From assembly GCA_024405635.1 (NCBI GenBank), contig JAKSOL010000014.1:1-64000 (forward strand): DNA of 64,000 bases. The letters run 5' to 3'. The translations under genes and the position numbers were made by a program. Shown one piece after another: positions 37,631-47,113 of the stretch. Each line of letters starts with the position of its first letter. Position 1 is the stretch's first letter. Source of the DNA: Salinivirgaceae bacterium (GTDB lineage: Bacteria > Bacteroidota > Bacteroidia > Bacteroidales > SZUA-534). Below the pieces are notes generated by a model that had not been told where the DNA came from, ran no database searches, and was given only the letters and a program-made list of their open reading frames with translations.

Positions 37631-39028
37631 ATGAATTACAAGTATCATACTGCTACACAAACACTTATGGGCGACTTGCATACGCCCGTTGAAACATATC
37701 TTAAAATTCGCGACAACTATCCACAAAGCGCTTTAATGGAGAGTAGCGATTACCATAGTGGCGAAAATAGCCGCTCGTTTATTGGTATGGAACCAATTGG
37801 TAGCGTGGCAATTAGCCATGCTAAAGCTGTGCTAAAATTCCCCAATGGCGAGTCGGTTGAGCACGATGTGAATCACCAATATCGCTCAGAGCATGCTATT
37901 AACGAATTTTTGAACCATTTTTCGGTTGATGGCGATGCCGCAAATTATTGTGGTTTATATGGTTACACCACTTTTAATGCTGTGCGCTACTTTGAAGACA
38001 TTAACGTAAAAGACAGTACTGCTGCTAAAGACGACGCTCCCGATATGCTTTACATTTTGTACAAATACGTTATTGTGTTCGATAGTTTTCGCAACCAAAT
38101 GATGGTGGTTGAAATGCTTGCTGATGGTGAGCAAAGTTCGTTAATCAACATTGTTAATGCCATTCGTAGCGGCAACATTACCGACTACAAATTCCGCGCA
38201 GTTGGCGAAACAACCAGTACTCTTACCGACGACGAGCATCGCGAGAATATACGCCGAGGCATTGCACATTGCTTGCGTGGCGATGTGTTCCAAATTGTTC
38301 TTTCGCGCCGTTTTTGCCAAAAATACGAGGGCGACGACTTTAAACTCTATCGCGCGTTGCGTAGCATCAACCCAAGTCCATACTTGTTCTACTTCGACTT
38401 TGGCGGATTCCGCATCTTTGGTTCAAGTCCTGAAACTCACTGCCGCATTGAGGGCAAGCAAGCTTACATTGACCCAATTGCAGGAACAACCAAGCGCACC
38501 GGCAACCCTGAACAAGACGCCAAAAACGCACAATATTTGCACGACGACCCAAAAGAAAATGCTGAGCATGTTATGCTAGTTGACCTTGCCCGTAACGATT
38601 TGAGCCGCAACTGCCACAACGTGCATGTTGAAAAATACAAAGAGATGCAATACTATAGCCACGTTATTCACCTTGTGAGCCGCGTAACTGGTGAACTTGA
38701 CGAAGGCGCCGATCCTATAAAAGCATTTATCGACACTTTCCCAGCTGGTACATTGAGCGGTGCGCCAAAAGTGCGAGCAATGCAGCTTATAAGCGAGTAC
38801 GAACCACATAACCGTGGTGCTTACGGCGGTTGCATTGGCTTTATTGGGTTAAACAAATCGTTAAATCAGGCAATTACCATTCGCACATTTGTAAGCCGCG
38901 GTGGCGAACTATGGTTCCAAGCAGGCGGTGGCATTGTGGCAAAAAGCGATGTTGAGTACGAGTTGCAAGAGGTAAACAACAAACTTGGTGCTTTACGTAA
39001 AGCCATTGGTGTTGCCGAAACTTTTTAA
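37631..39028 (+). CDS. trpE: Anthranilate synthase component I
   Basis: FQIVLS, NPSPY, PIAGT, EHVMLVDLARND and FPAGTLSGAPK motifs. Confidence 0.96.
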   Translation: MNYKYHTATQTLMGDLHTPVETYLKIRDNYPQSALMESSDYHSGENSRSFIGMEPIGSVAISHAKAVLKFPNGESVEHDVNHQYRSEHAINEFLNHFSVDGDAANYCGLYGYTTFNAVRYFEDINVKDSTAAKDDAPDMLYILYKYVIVFDSFRNQMMVVEMLADGEQSSLINIVNAIRSGNITDYKFRAVGETTSTLTDDEHRENIRRGIAHCLRGDVFQIVLSRRFCQKYEGDDFKLYRALRSINPSPYLFYFDFGGFRIFGSSPETHCRIEGKQAYIDPIAGTTKRTGNPEQDAKNAQYLHDDPKENAEHVMLVDLARNDLSRNCHNVHVEKYKEMQYYSHVIHLVSRVTGELDEGADPIKAFIDTFPAGTLSGAPKVRAMQLISEYEPHNRGAYGGCIGFIGLNKSLNQAITIRTFVSRGGELWFQAGGGIVAKSDVEYELQEVNNKLGALRKAIGVAETF

Positions 39029-39062
39029 CAAGTAACGAAAGATTTAAAACGATAAACTGATT

Positions 39063-39632
39063 ATGAAACAGATAGTTATAATAGATAATTACGATTCGTT
39101 CACCTACAATCTTTCGCATCTTGTGAAAGAACTTGGTGCCAATGTAACCGTTTACCGCAACGACCAATTTGAACTAACTGACCTTGAAAAATTCGACAAG
39201 ATTATACTCTCGCCAGGACCAGGCATTCCTTCAGAGGCAGGTTTGCTTATGCAAGTAATTAAAGCCTATGCTGGTAAAAAACCAATACTTGGCGTTTGTC
39301 TTGGGCATCAAGCCATTGGCGAAAGTTTTGGTGGCAAGTTGGTTAACCTTTCCGATGTTTTTCATGGTGTGCAAACCCCCGCAAAAATTGTAGCCGATGA
39401 TTACATTTTTGCTGGTCTTGGTTCTGACATTCAAGTTGGTCGCTATCATTCGTGGGTTGTCGATGCTGACAGTTTCAAAGCTACCGACCTTGAAATAACC
39501 GCCACAAGTAACGAGGGACAAGTAATGGCTCTACGTCACAAAACTTACGACATTCGCGGCATTCAGTTTCACCCCGAAAGTGTGTTAACTCCCGAGGGTA
39601 AAGTGATGATTGGTAATTGGTTAGAGCATTAA
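39063..39632 (+). CDS. trpG: Anthranilate synthase component II (glutamine amidotransferase)
   Basis: IDNYDSFTYN, SPGPG, GVCLGHQ and QFHPES motifs. Confidence 0.96.
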   Translation: MKQIVIIDNYDSFTYNLSHLVKELGANVTVYRNDQFELTDLEKFDKIILSPGPGIPSEAGLLMQVIKAYAGKKPILGVCLGHQAIGESFGGKLVNLSDVFHGVQTPAKIVADDYIFAGLGSDIQVGRYHSWVVDADSFKATDLEITATSNEGQVMALRHKTYDIRGIQFHPESVLTPEGKVMIGNWLEH

Positions 39633-39696
39633 ACGTTTGCTTTTTGCAACATCATATAAATAGATAAAAAGTTTGAACTAATAAATAAATACAACC

Positions 39697-40698
39697 ATGA
39701 AACAGATATTACAACGTCTTGTAGCAAAAGAGATTCTTTCGCAAGAAGATACAAAACAAATAATGGTGAACATCACCAAAGAGCAATATTCTAACGAACA
39801 AATTGCCGCTATGCTTGGTATGATGCAAATGCGCGGTGTTTCGGTTGACGAACTTTTGGGCTTTCGCGAAGGTTTGCTCGAAACTGGTAAACCTGTCGAT
39901 TTGAGCGACTACAACACCATTGACATTGTTGGTACTGGTGGCGACGGTAAAAACACCTTCAACATTTCAACTTGTTCGTGTTTTGTGCTAGCAGGTGCTG
40001 GCTACAAGGTTGCTAAACATGGAAACGTGGCTGCATCTTCGGTTTCGGGTGCTAGCAATGTGCTTATGGCTCACGGAGTTAAGTTTACCGACGATGTTAA
40101 CCGTCACAAAGAAAATCTTGAAAAAGCTGGCATCACATACTTGCACGCTCCACTTTTTGCTTATGGAATGAAATTCGTTGGTCCAATTCGCAAATCATTG
40201 CAAGTGCCAACTGTTTTCAACTTGCTTGGTCCTTTGGTTAATCCTTCAAAACCAAAAAACCAAATGTTGGGCACTGCAAATCTCAATCAGCTAAGACTTT
40301 ACACCAACGTTTATCAAAAAATGGGTATAAACTATACCATAGTTACTAGCACCGATGGATACGACGAAATTTCACTTACTAGTAGTTTTAAAGTATCGTC
40401 GGTTGGCGAAGAAAAAGTGTACTCGGTTGCCGAAATAGGTTTGCCAGCTGTTCTTCCTGACGAAATTTGTGGTGGCAAAGACCAAACACTTGACGATGCT
40501 AAAAAAGTGTTTGACGATGTGCTTGCTAATAAAGCTAACCGCGGCCCAATGAACGTGGTGCTTATCAATTCGGCTTTTGCAATTCGTACTTTCTGTCCTC
40601 AAAAATCAATTGAGGAATGTATTGCCGAGGCTCGCGAAAGCATCGAGAGCGGAAAAGCAATGCAAGCACTTAAAAATTACGTTGCACTCAACTCTTAA
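39697..40698 (+). CDS. trpD: Anthranilate phosphoribosyltransferase
   Basis: DIVGTGGDGKNTFNIST, KHGN and FNLLGPL motifs. Confidence 0.97.
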   Translation: MKQILQRLVAKEILSQEDTKQIMVNITKEQYSNEQIAAMLGMMQMRGVSVDELLGFREGLLETGKPVDLSDYNTIDIVGTGGDGKNTFNISTCSCFVLAGAGYKVAKHGNVAASSVSGASNVLMAHGVKFTDDVNRHKENLEKAGITYLHAPLFAYGMKFVGPIRKSLQVPTVFNLLGPLVNPSKPKNQMLGTANLNQLRLYTNVYQKMGINYTIVTSTDGYDEISLTSSFKVSSVGEEKVYSVAEIGLPAVLPDEICGGKDQTLDDAKKVFDDVLANKANRGPMNVVLINSAFAIRTFCPQKSIEECIAEARESIESGKAMQALKNYVALNS

Positions 40699-40706
40699 TA
40701 GGTTTT

Positions 40707-41483
40707 ATGTATCTCGATAAAATTGTAGCACACAAACAGTTAGAGATAGCTGAACTGAAACAAAAAACTTCGATTGACGAACTTCGTCAGTCGGAGTTTT
40801 ACAATCGTAAATGCTATTCGTTAAAAGCCAATTTGCTATCTAGCAACAGCGGAATTATCTCCGAATTCAAACGCCGTAGCCCATCAAAAGGCTTTATAAA
40901 AGAGGGCGCACAAGTTGCTAACATTGTGCCAGGTTACGAGCAATCGGGCGCTTCGGGCATTTCGGTTCTTGCCGATAACGAGTTCTTTGCAGGTTCGCCT
41001 GCCGATGTTTGCGAGGCTCGCAGTTTGGTTAAAACGCCAATCCTATTTAAAGAATTTGTGATTGACGAATTTCAAATTCATTTGGCAAAAGCGAGTGGAG
41101 CCGATGTGGTTTTGCTAATTGCTGCCATTCTTACTCCAACTCAAGTGAAACAATTTGCCCAAGTTGCTCATTCGTTGGGATTAGAAACTCTGCTTGAACT
41201 GCATTCGCCAGCCGAAGTTGGCCATATTTGCACCGAAGTCGATTTGGTTGGCATCAATAACCGCAACCTTAAAACCTTTGAGGTCGATTTGCAAGCAAGC
41301 ATTGACCTTTGTCATCAAATTCCCGACTCGTTTGTAAAGGTTTCAGAAAGTGGAATTTCAAACCCACAAACTGTAAAAGAACTTCGTGCGCAAGGTTTCC
41401 GCGGTTTCTTAATGGGCGAAAATTTTATGAAAACCGAACAACCAGCGCAAACACTTAAAGAGTTTATTGAAAACTTGAAATAA
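40707..41483 (+). CDS. trpC: Indole-3-glycerol phosphate synthase
   Basis: ISEFKRRSPSKG, GINNRNL and SESGI motifs. Confidence 0.97.
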   Translation: MYLDKIVAHKQLEIAELKQKTSIDELRQSEFYNRKCYSLKANLLSSNSGIISEFKRRSPSKGFIKEGAQVANIVPGYEQSGASGISVLADNEFFAGSPADVCEARSLVKTPILFKEFVIDEFQIHLAKASGADVVLLIAAILTPTQVKQFAQVAHSLGLETLLELHSPAEVGHICTEVDLVGINNRNLKTFEVDLQASIDLCHQIPDSFVKVSESGISNPQTVKELRAQGFRGFLMGENFMKTEQPAQTLKEFIENLK

Positions 41484-42130
41484 TGTTGAAGAGCACCAAT
41501 AAACACATGCTGATTAAAGTTTGCGGAATGCGCGAACCACAAAACGTAGCCGATTTGCTTGCATTGCAGCCCAATTTTATGGGAATGATTTTTTATCCCA
41601 AGTCGTCGCGTTATGTTGCAGAACCACAACAAATTGCACAAATGACGCATGCAACTCAAACCAAGTTAGTTGGTGTGTTTGTAAACGAACCATTTGAGTC
41701 TATTGCCCAAAAAGTAACTGATTTGCAACTCGATTATGTTCAGTTTCATGGCAACGAAACTGTCGATTTTGCTCGCCAAGTAAAGGCTCTGGGTGTTGGA
41801 GTTATTCGGGCCGTTTCTGTTTCGTCGGCAACCGATTTTGGCAACATTAGCCGCGAGTACGAAACAATTGCCGATTATATGCTATTCGATTATAAATGTT
41901 CGGGTTACGGGGGAAGCGGAAATAAGTTCGATTGGAGTTTGCTTAACCTTTACACTCTAAATTTGCCATTTTTACTTTCGGGCGGCATTTGCGCCGACGA
42001 TGCTTTGGCTATCAACCAAATAAATCATCCACAGTTTGCCGGCATCGACCTTAATAGCAAATTTGAAACTGCCCCATCTTTGAAAAACGTGTCGTTGTTG
42101 AGCCGCTTTTTTGCTCAACTATCTCGATAG
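41483..42130 (+). CDS. trpF: Phosphoribosylanthranilate isomerase
   Basis: KVCGM, VGVFVN, QFHGNE, GGSG..FDW and LSGG motifs. The start could be ATG 41507. Confidence 0.95.
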   Translation: MLKSTNKHMLIKVCGMREPQNVADLLALQPNFMGMIFYPKSSRYVAEPQQIAQMTHATQTKLVGVFVNEPFESIAQKVTDLQLDYVQFHGNETVDFARQVKALGVGVIRAVSVSSATDFGNISREYETIADYMLFDYKCSGYGGSGNKFDWSLLNLYTLNLPFLLSGGICADDALAINQINHPQFAGIDLNSKFETAPSLKNVSLLSRFFAQLSR

Positions 42131-42150
42131 TTTTTGAACTGAAATAAATA

Positions 42151-42194
42151 TCGCCATCAAATAGTTTGCATATTACTATTTGGTGGCGATTTTG
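42151..42194 (+). terminator. Terminator hairpin after the trp operon
   Basis: TCGCCATCAAATAGT...ACTATTTGGTGGCGA followed by TTTT. Confidence 0.7.
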
Positions 42195-42276
42195 TATATT
42201 TCTACACACAAATTATTTAATGACTTTGTGTTTGAATTACAAGTAAACGACAGATTATTAAACTATTAACTCTAAA

Positions 42277-42963
42277 ATGATGAAAACTCAAAATGTTGTT
42301 TTGTTGTCGCTTGCAATAATTATTGCAGCAGCTATAGTGTCGCTTGGTTTGACACATATTACCGAAAAAAAGGGAGTTGTAAGTGTGCGAGGTTTGGCCG
42401 AGCGTGAGGTTGATGCCGATTTGGCCGTGTGGCCGCTTACCTATTCGGTGGGCGGAAATGACCTGCAGACGATTCGCAAAAGTGTAATTGAAAAAAATAA
42501 AATTGTTGAGGCTTATCTTAAGCGTAAAGGGCTTACAAAAGACGATTATACGATTCAAGCTCCCGACTTGACCGACAACACAGTTAACTCTTATGCGCGC
42601 GATGCTCGTTACGACTATGTTGCTCGCCAAGTTGTGTTGGTGCGGTCAACAAATGTGGCTGCAGTTAAAGATGCTCATGCCAATTCGCTCGACTTGCTTG
42701 CCGAAGGTATTGCTATTACCATCGACTATTCGAGCAAAGTAGAATACGACTTTACCAAACTGAACGATGTTAAACCTGAAATGGTTGACGAGGCTCAAAA
42801 AAACGCTTTAAAAGCCGCTGAACAAATAGTTGGTAATGGTGTCGCAAAACTCAAAATTAAGAGTGCATCGCAAGGTTATTTTTCGGTTGAAGATGCTGCA
42901 CAAGGACTTGAGGATAGAAAAAAAGTGCGTGTGGTTACAACCATTCAATATACAATAGAGTAG
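42277..42963 (+). CDS. SIMPL (DUF541) domain protein
   Basis: VSVRGLAEREVDADLAVWP, ASQGYFSV and KKVRVVTTI motifs; N-terminal TM anchor. Confidence 0.88.
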   Translation: MMKTQNVVLLSLAIIIAAAIVSLGLTHITEKKGVVSVRGLAEREVDADLAVWPLTYSVGGNDLQTIRKSVIEKNKIVEAYLKRKGLTKDDYTIQAPDLTDNTVNSYARDARYDYVARQVVLVRSTNVAAVKDAHANSLDLLAEGIAITIDYSSKVEYDFTKLNDVKPEMVDEAQKNALKAAEQIVGNGVAKLKIKSASQGYFSVEDAAQGLEDRKKVRVVTTIQYTIE

Positions 42964-43034
42964 CAGTGGCACGGTTTGTGAATGAACAATAAAAGCCTAA
43001 ACAAAGGCATGTTTAACATTAAATAATTAAAACA

Positions 43035-43712
43035 ATGAAAAAGTATTTTGCAGAGATGATTGGCACAATGGTGCTAGTACTTATGGGCTGCGGAACAGCA
43101 GTTAGTTTAAATTGTGGTGTTGATACAGCATCGGTAGTAGGCACATCGTGTGCTTTTGGTTTGGCTGTTGTAGCAATGGCATACACCATTGGTGGCATTT
43201 CGGGTTGCCACATTAACCCTGCTATTACACTTGGCGTGTGGATGAGCAAACGCATGAGCGGTAAAGATGCAATCTGCTACATGGTTGCTCAAGTAATTGG
43301 CGCGTTTATTGGTTCTGCTTTACTTTGGGTTTTAGTGCAACAAGTTGGTGCCGATGGTACCCAAACCGGAGCAAACTCTTGTGCAAACGGCGCTTTTGCC
43401 GCAATGATTGTTGAGGTTATCTTAACTTTTGTGTTTGTACTTGTAGTGCTTGGAACAACCGATTCTGAAAAAGGTGCAGGCAATTTGGCCGGTCTTGCAA
43501 TTGGCCTTTCGCTTATCCTTATTCACCTAGTTGGTATTCACTACACAGGAACATCAGTAAATCCTGCACGTTCAATAGCTCCTGCAGTGTTCCAAGGTGG
43601 CGCTGCTTTGAGTCAACTTTGGGCATTTGTAGTTGGTCCATTTATTGGTGCTGCATTGGCTGCCATTGTTTGGAAATGCACATCGTGCAAATGCTGCGAT
43701 TGCAAAAAATAA
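43035..43712 (+). CDS. aqpZ: Aquaporin (MIP family, AqpZ-like)
   Basis: Two NPA motifs (SGCHINPA, GTSVNPARS) and six TM helices. Confidence 0.9.
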   Translation: MKKYFAEMIGTMVLVLMGCGTAVSLNCGVDTASVVGTSCAFGLAVVAMAYTIGGISGCHINPAITLGVWMSKRMSGKDAICYMVAQVIGAFIGSALLWVLVQQVGADGTQTGANSCANGAFAAMIVEVILTFVFVLVVLGTTDSEKGAGNLAGLAIGLSLILIHLVGIHYTGTSVNPARSIAPAVFQGGAALSQLWAFVVGPFIGAALAAIVWKCTSCKCCDCKK

Positions 43713-43733
43713 ACGTCAAAAGTTATTAATACA

Positions 43734-43768
43734 AAAGTCCGCATCCGCATTAGGGTGTGGACTTTTTG
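43734..43768 (+). terminator. Intrinsic terminator after the aquaporin gene
   Basis: AAAGTCCGCATCC-loop-GGGTGTGGACTTTTT. Confidence 0.75.
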
Positions 43769-43935
43769 CGTTTTATGATATTGCGTTATCATGAACTTTG
43801 TAAATCGGCTTACAGTTTAATTTTACTAATCGTACAAATGGCAATATCAATGTGCATCAAACTAAAAAAAAGCAGTAAAAATGTTTGCTGTGGCAAATTT
43901 TTTATCACTTTTGTGCCCGAATCAATAACGACAAC

Positions 43936-43992
43936 ATGAACAACACTTTTGGATACTACGCATTCTATTATTACTTCTTTTATAATAATTGA
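43936..43992 (+). CDS. Tyr/Phe-rich leader peptide MNNTFGYYAFYYYFFYNN
   Basis: 18-codon ORF with 6 Tyr and 4 Phe codons, immediately upstream of the tyrA-aro operon. Confidence 0.88.
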   Translation: MNNTFGYYAFYYYFFYNN

Positions 43993-44064
43993 AGCGGGGC
44001 ATCTATTGTGTAATATGATAAGGAATTAAAACAAAAGCCCCGCTTAAACCAAGCGGGGTTTTTT
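43992..44064 (+). promoter_or_regulatory. Tyr/Phe transcription attenuator
   Basis: Terminator AAAAGCCCCGCTT-AAACC-AAGCGGGGTTTTTT (44033-44064). The antiterminator AAGCGGGGC (43992-44000) is fully complementary to the terminator 5' arm. Confidence 0.88.
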
Positions 44065-44092
44065 GTTACAAAACGAACAAACTTTTATAAAA

Positions 44093-44935
44093 ATGAATAT
44101 TGCAATTGTAGGATTAGGATTGATTGGCGGCTCAATGGCTATTGATTTGAAAGCTAGAGGGTTTGCTAGTCATATTGTGGGCGTTGACAACAGTAAACTA
44201 AACTCGGCAACTGCGCTTAACATTGGTTTGGTTGACGAGATTTGCACTCTTGAGGAGGCAATGACAAAAGTAGAACTAGTTATTGTAGCAGTTCCTGTAA
44301 GCGCCGCAGCAAAAGTAGTGACTCAAGTTCTCGATTTGAGCAACGACAATCAAGTGGTGATTGACACCTGTTCAACCAAAGAAAAAATATGCTTGTCGCT
44401 TAAAAATCATCAATATCGCAATCGTTACGTGGCAACTCACCCAATGGCAGGTACCGAGTACTCGGGTCCGTGGGCAGCAAAAAGTGGCTTGTACGACTCA
44501 AAAGTAGTTGTGATTTGCGATAGCGAAGATAGTGGCCCAAAAGCTGTTGATTTGGTTAAGAAAATGTACGATACGCTTTGCATGCGTGTTGTTTTGATGA
44601 ATAGCGCCAACCACGATGTTCACACTGCATACATTTCGCACATTTCGCATGTTTGTTCGTTTGCCTTGGCTCTTACTGTTCTTGACAAAGAGAAAGACGA
44701 AAAGCATATTTTTGATCTCGCAAGTAGTGGATTTGATACCACAGTTCGCTTGGCAAAAAGCTCGGTTGACATGTGGTTGCCAATTATTGAGCAAAACAAA
44801 GACAATATTCTTACTGTGCTCGATACTTATATGGAAAAACTTCAGGCTTTTCGCACAAGCATTCAAAACGGCGATAGCGATACAACTCGCAAACTGATTT
44901 CGGAAGCAAATACAATTAGAAGAGTAATTAAATAA
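44093..44935 (+). CDS. tyrA: Prephenate dehydrogenase
   Basis: IVGLGLIGGS Rossmann motif, HPMAGTE, HD...YISH and RLAKS..MW. Start set at ATG 44093. Confidence 0.94.
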   Translation: MNIAIVGLGLIGGSMAIDLKARGFASHIVGVDNSKLNSATALNIGLVDEICTLEEAMTKVELVIVAVPVSAAAKVVTQVLDLSNDNQVVIDTCSTKEKICLSLKNHQYRNRYVATHPMAGTEYSGPWAAKSGLYDSKVVVICDSEDSGPKAVDLVKKMYDTLCMRVVLMNSANHDVHTAYISHISHVCSFALALTVLDKEKDEKHIFDLASSGFDTTVRLAKSSVDMWLPIIEQNKDNILTVLDTYMEKLQAFRTSIQNGDSDTTRKLISEANTIRRVIK

Positions 44936-44953
44936 CATTCATAATACGTAGCT

Positions 44954-46039
44954 ATGACAGTTTTGGAACAACCATTTATGAATTGGGGATGGGGCGATAT
45001 TGCTCGTCCAATGATTATTGCAGGTCCTTGTAGCGCCGAAAGCGAAGAACAAATTATGCAAACAGCTGCCGATTTAAAGGCAAATGGTATTGGAATTCTT
45101 CGAGCTGGCATTTGGAAACCACGTACTCGTCCAAACTCGTTTGAGGGTGTTGGTACAATTGGTCTTGGTTGGTTAAACCGAGTTCAACAAGAGTTGGGAA
45201 TGAAAGTATCGACCGAGGTAGCTAATGCTAAACATGTTGAGGAAGTTCTTAAGGCTGGACTTGACATGCTTTGGATTGGCGCTCGCACTTCGGCCAATCC
45301 TTTTGCTATGCAAGAAATTGCCGACTCGCTAAAAGGCGTTGATATTCCAATTGTGGTTAAAAATCCAGTTAATCCCGATGTTGATTTGTGGATTGGCGCA
45401 GTTGAACGCATTATGGGCGCTGGCATTACCAAATTGGGCGTTATTCATCGCGGATTTTCAAGCTTCGAAAAATCGCGTTTTCGCAATGTGCCACAATGGC
45501 AATTGGCTATTGAATTCCGTCGCCGTATGCCAAACATACCAATGATTTGCGACCCAAGCCACATATCGGGTTGTACCGAATTGCTTCATGAGGTTTCGCA
45601 AAAAGCTCTCGATTTGAACTACGATGGTTTAATTATTGAAAGCCACTGCAATCCAGCAAAAGCGTGGAGCGATGCTAAACAGCAACTTACACCAGCCGAC
45701 CTTAATGTTATGCTAAAATCGCTTGTTTTGCGCGATGTTAAAACCACAGCTGCGCAAGACACTAGCCTTGAGGAACTTCGTTTGCAAATTGATAAATACG
45801 ACGACGAATTGTTCCGTGTGATTGGCGAGCGTATGAAAATTGCTGAACAAATTGGTAAGTACAAAAAAGACAATAACATAACCATTCTTCAATCAAGCCG
45901 TTGGAACGATATTCTTAACACTGCCATTGAAAAGGGTAAATTGCAAAACCTTAGCGAAGATTTTGTAAGTGTTATCTTTATGGCCATTCATCAAGAGTCT
46001 ATTAACAAGCAAACCGTTGTAATGAACGGTAAAGACTAA
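44954..46039 (+). CDS. Bifunctional DAHP synthase (type I-beta) / chorismate mutase (AroQ)
   Basis: IAGPCSAES, WKPRT, IGART and DPSH motifs; C-terminal LEELRLQID...R chorismate mutase domain. Confidence 0.94.
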   Translation: MTVLEQPFMNWGWGDIARPMIIAGPCSAESEEQIMQTAADLKANGIGILRAGIWKPRTRPNSFEGVGTIGLGWLNRVQQELGMKVSTEVANAKHVEEVLKAGLDMLWIGARTSANPFAMQEIADSLKGVDIPIVVKNPVNPDVDLWIGAVERIMGAGITKLGVIHRGFSSFEKSRFRNVPQWQLAIEFRRRMPNIPMICDPSHISGCTELLHEVSQKALDLNYDGLIIESHCNPAKAWSDAKQQLTPADLNVMLKSLVLRDVKTTAAQDTSLEELRLQIDKYDDELFRVIGERMKIAEQIGKYKKDNNITILQSSRWNDILNTAIEKGKLQNLSEDFVSVIFMAIHQESINKQTVVMNGKD

Positions 46040-46091
46040 TTTTGATTGAAAGAAAAAAAGAATGTCGTAAAAACGATAGAATACATTGACA

Positions 46092-47111
46092 ATGAAACAA
46101 ATAACAGTAAATGGTAGCCAACAATCGCAAATATTGATTGGTGAGAGTTTCAAAAACTTTGGTAAATATTTACCCACACAACAAGTGGTAGTTATTACCG
46201 ATACTAATGTTCGTAAAATATACGGACAATACTTTGAGCAATATCCAATAATTGAAATAGGATTAGGTGAGGGCAACAAAAACCTCGACACAGTTGCTGC
46301 AGTTATTGACCGCATGCTTGAACTTAAAATAGATCGTTCGGGCTTTGTTTTGGCAGTAGGTGGCGGTATTGTTACCGATGTGGCAGGTTTTGTGGCATCA
46401 ATTTACCAACGTGGTATTGGTTTTGGATTTGTATCAACCACACTATTGGCACAAGTTGATGCCAGTGTGGGTGGCAAAAACGGAGTAAACCAAAAAGGCG
46501 GACTGAAGAACATGATTGGCAACTTTAATCAGCCACAGTTTGTTATATGCGACTCGCAAGTACTGCACTCGTTGCCAACCTACGACCTAGCAAGCGGATT
46601 TGCCGAAATTGTTAAGCACACACTTATTGCCGATGCCGAAATGTTCAACTATCTTGAACAAAATGCAAAACGCGCATTATCGTTAGATTCCGAAGTTATT
46701 GAAAAACTTGTGGTTAACTCAGTTGAAATTAAATCGGGAGTAGTTGGCCGCGACGAAAAAGAAAAAGGCGAGCGCCGCAAACTAAACCTTGGCCACACAT
46801 TTGGTCATGCAGTTGAAAAGGTGCAAAAAGTGAGCCATGGCCATGCTGTTAGCATCGGGTTGGCAGTTGCTGCTCGCTTGTCGGTTATGCGTGGCACTTT
46901 GTCGCAAACCGATGCCGACCGCATTGTTAACTTGCTACGTGCTTTAGATTTGCCAACCGAAGTAACCGGTAACCGTGCCGAAATTCTTGCAGCCATGGAG
47001 TATGACAAAAAACGCATTGGCTCGCAAATAAATTTTGTGCTGATGAATGGCATTGGCGATGTTTATATTGAAAAGATTGATATAGAAACTCTTAAACAAG
47101 TTGAGTTTTAA
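46092..47111 (+). CDS. aroB: 3-dehydroquinate synthase
   Basis: GGGIVTD, TTLLAQVDASVGGKNG, LNLGHTFGHA and DKK motifs. Start set at ATG 46092. Confidence 0.96.
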   Translation: MKQITVNGSQQSQILIGESFKNFGKYLPTQQVVVITDTNVRKIYGQYFEQYPIIEIGLGEGNKNLDTVAAVIDRMLELKIDRSGFVLAVGGGIVTDVAGFVASIYQRGIGFGFVSTTLLAQVDASVGGKNGVNQKGGLKNMIGNFNQPQFVICDSQVLHSLPTYDLASGFAEIVKHTLIADAEMFNYLEQNAKRALSLDSEVIEKLVVNSVEIKSGVVGRDEKEKGERRKLNLGHTFGHAVEKVQKVSHGHAVSIGLAVAARLSVMRGTLSQTDADRIVNLLRALDLPTEVTGNRAEILAAMEYDKKRIGSQINFVLMNGIGDVYIEKIDIETLKQVEF

Positions 47112-47113
47112 TT

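Noticed and set aside
43757-44092. ORF 43757..43939 and the TTG start of tyrA at 44063
   Set aside because: The ORF spans a terminator and promoter region without motifs. The TTG lies in the attenuator U-tract, and ATG 44093 fits the Rossmann-fold start.
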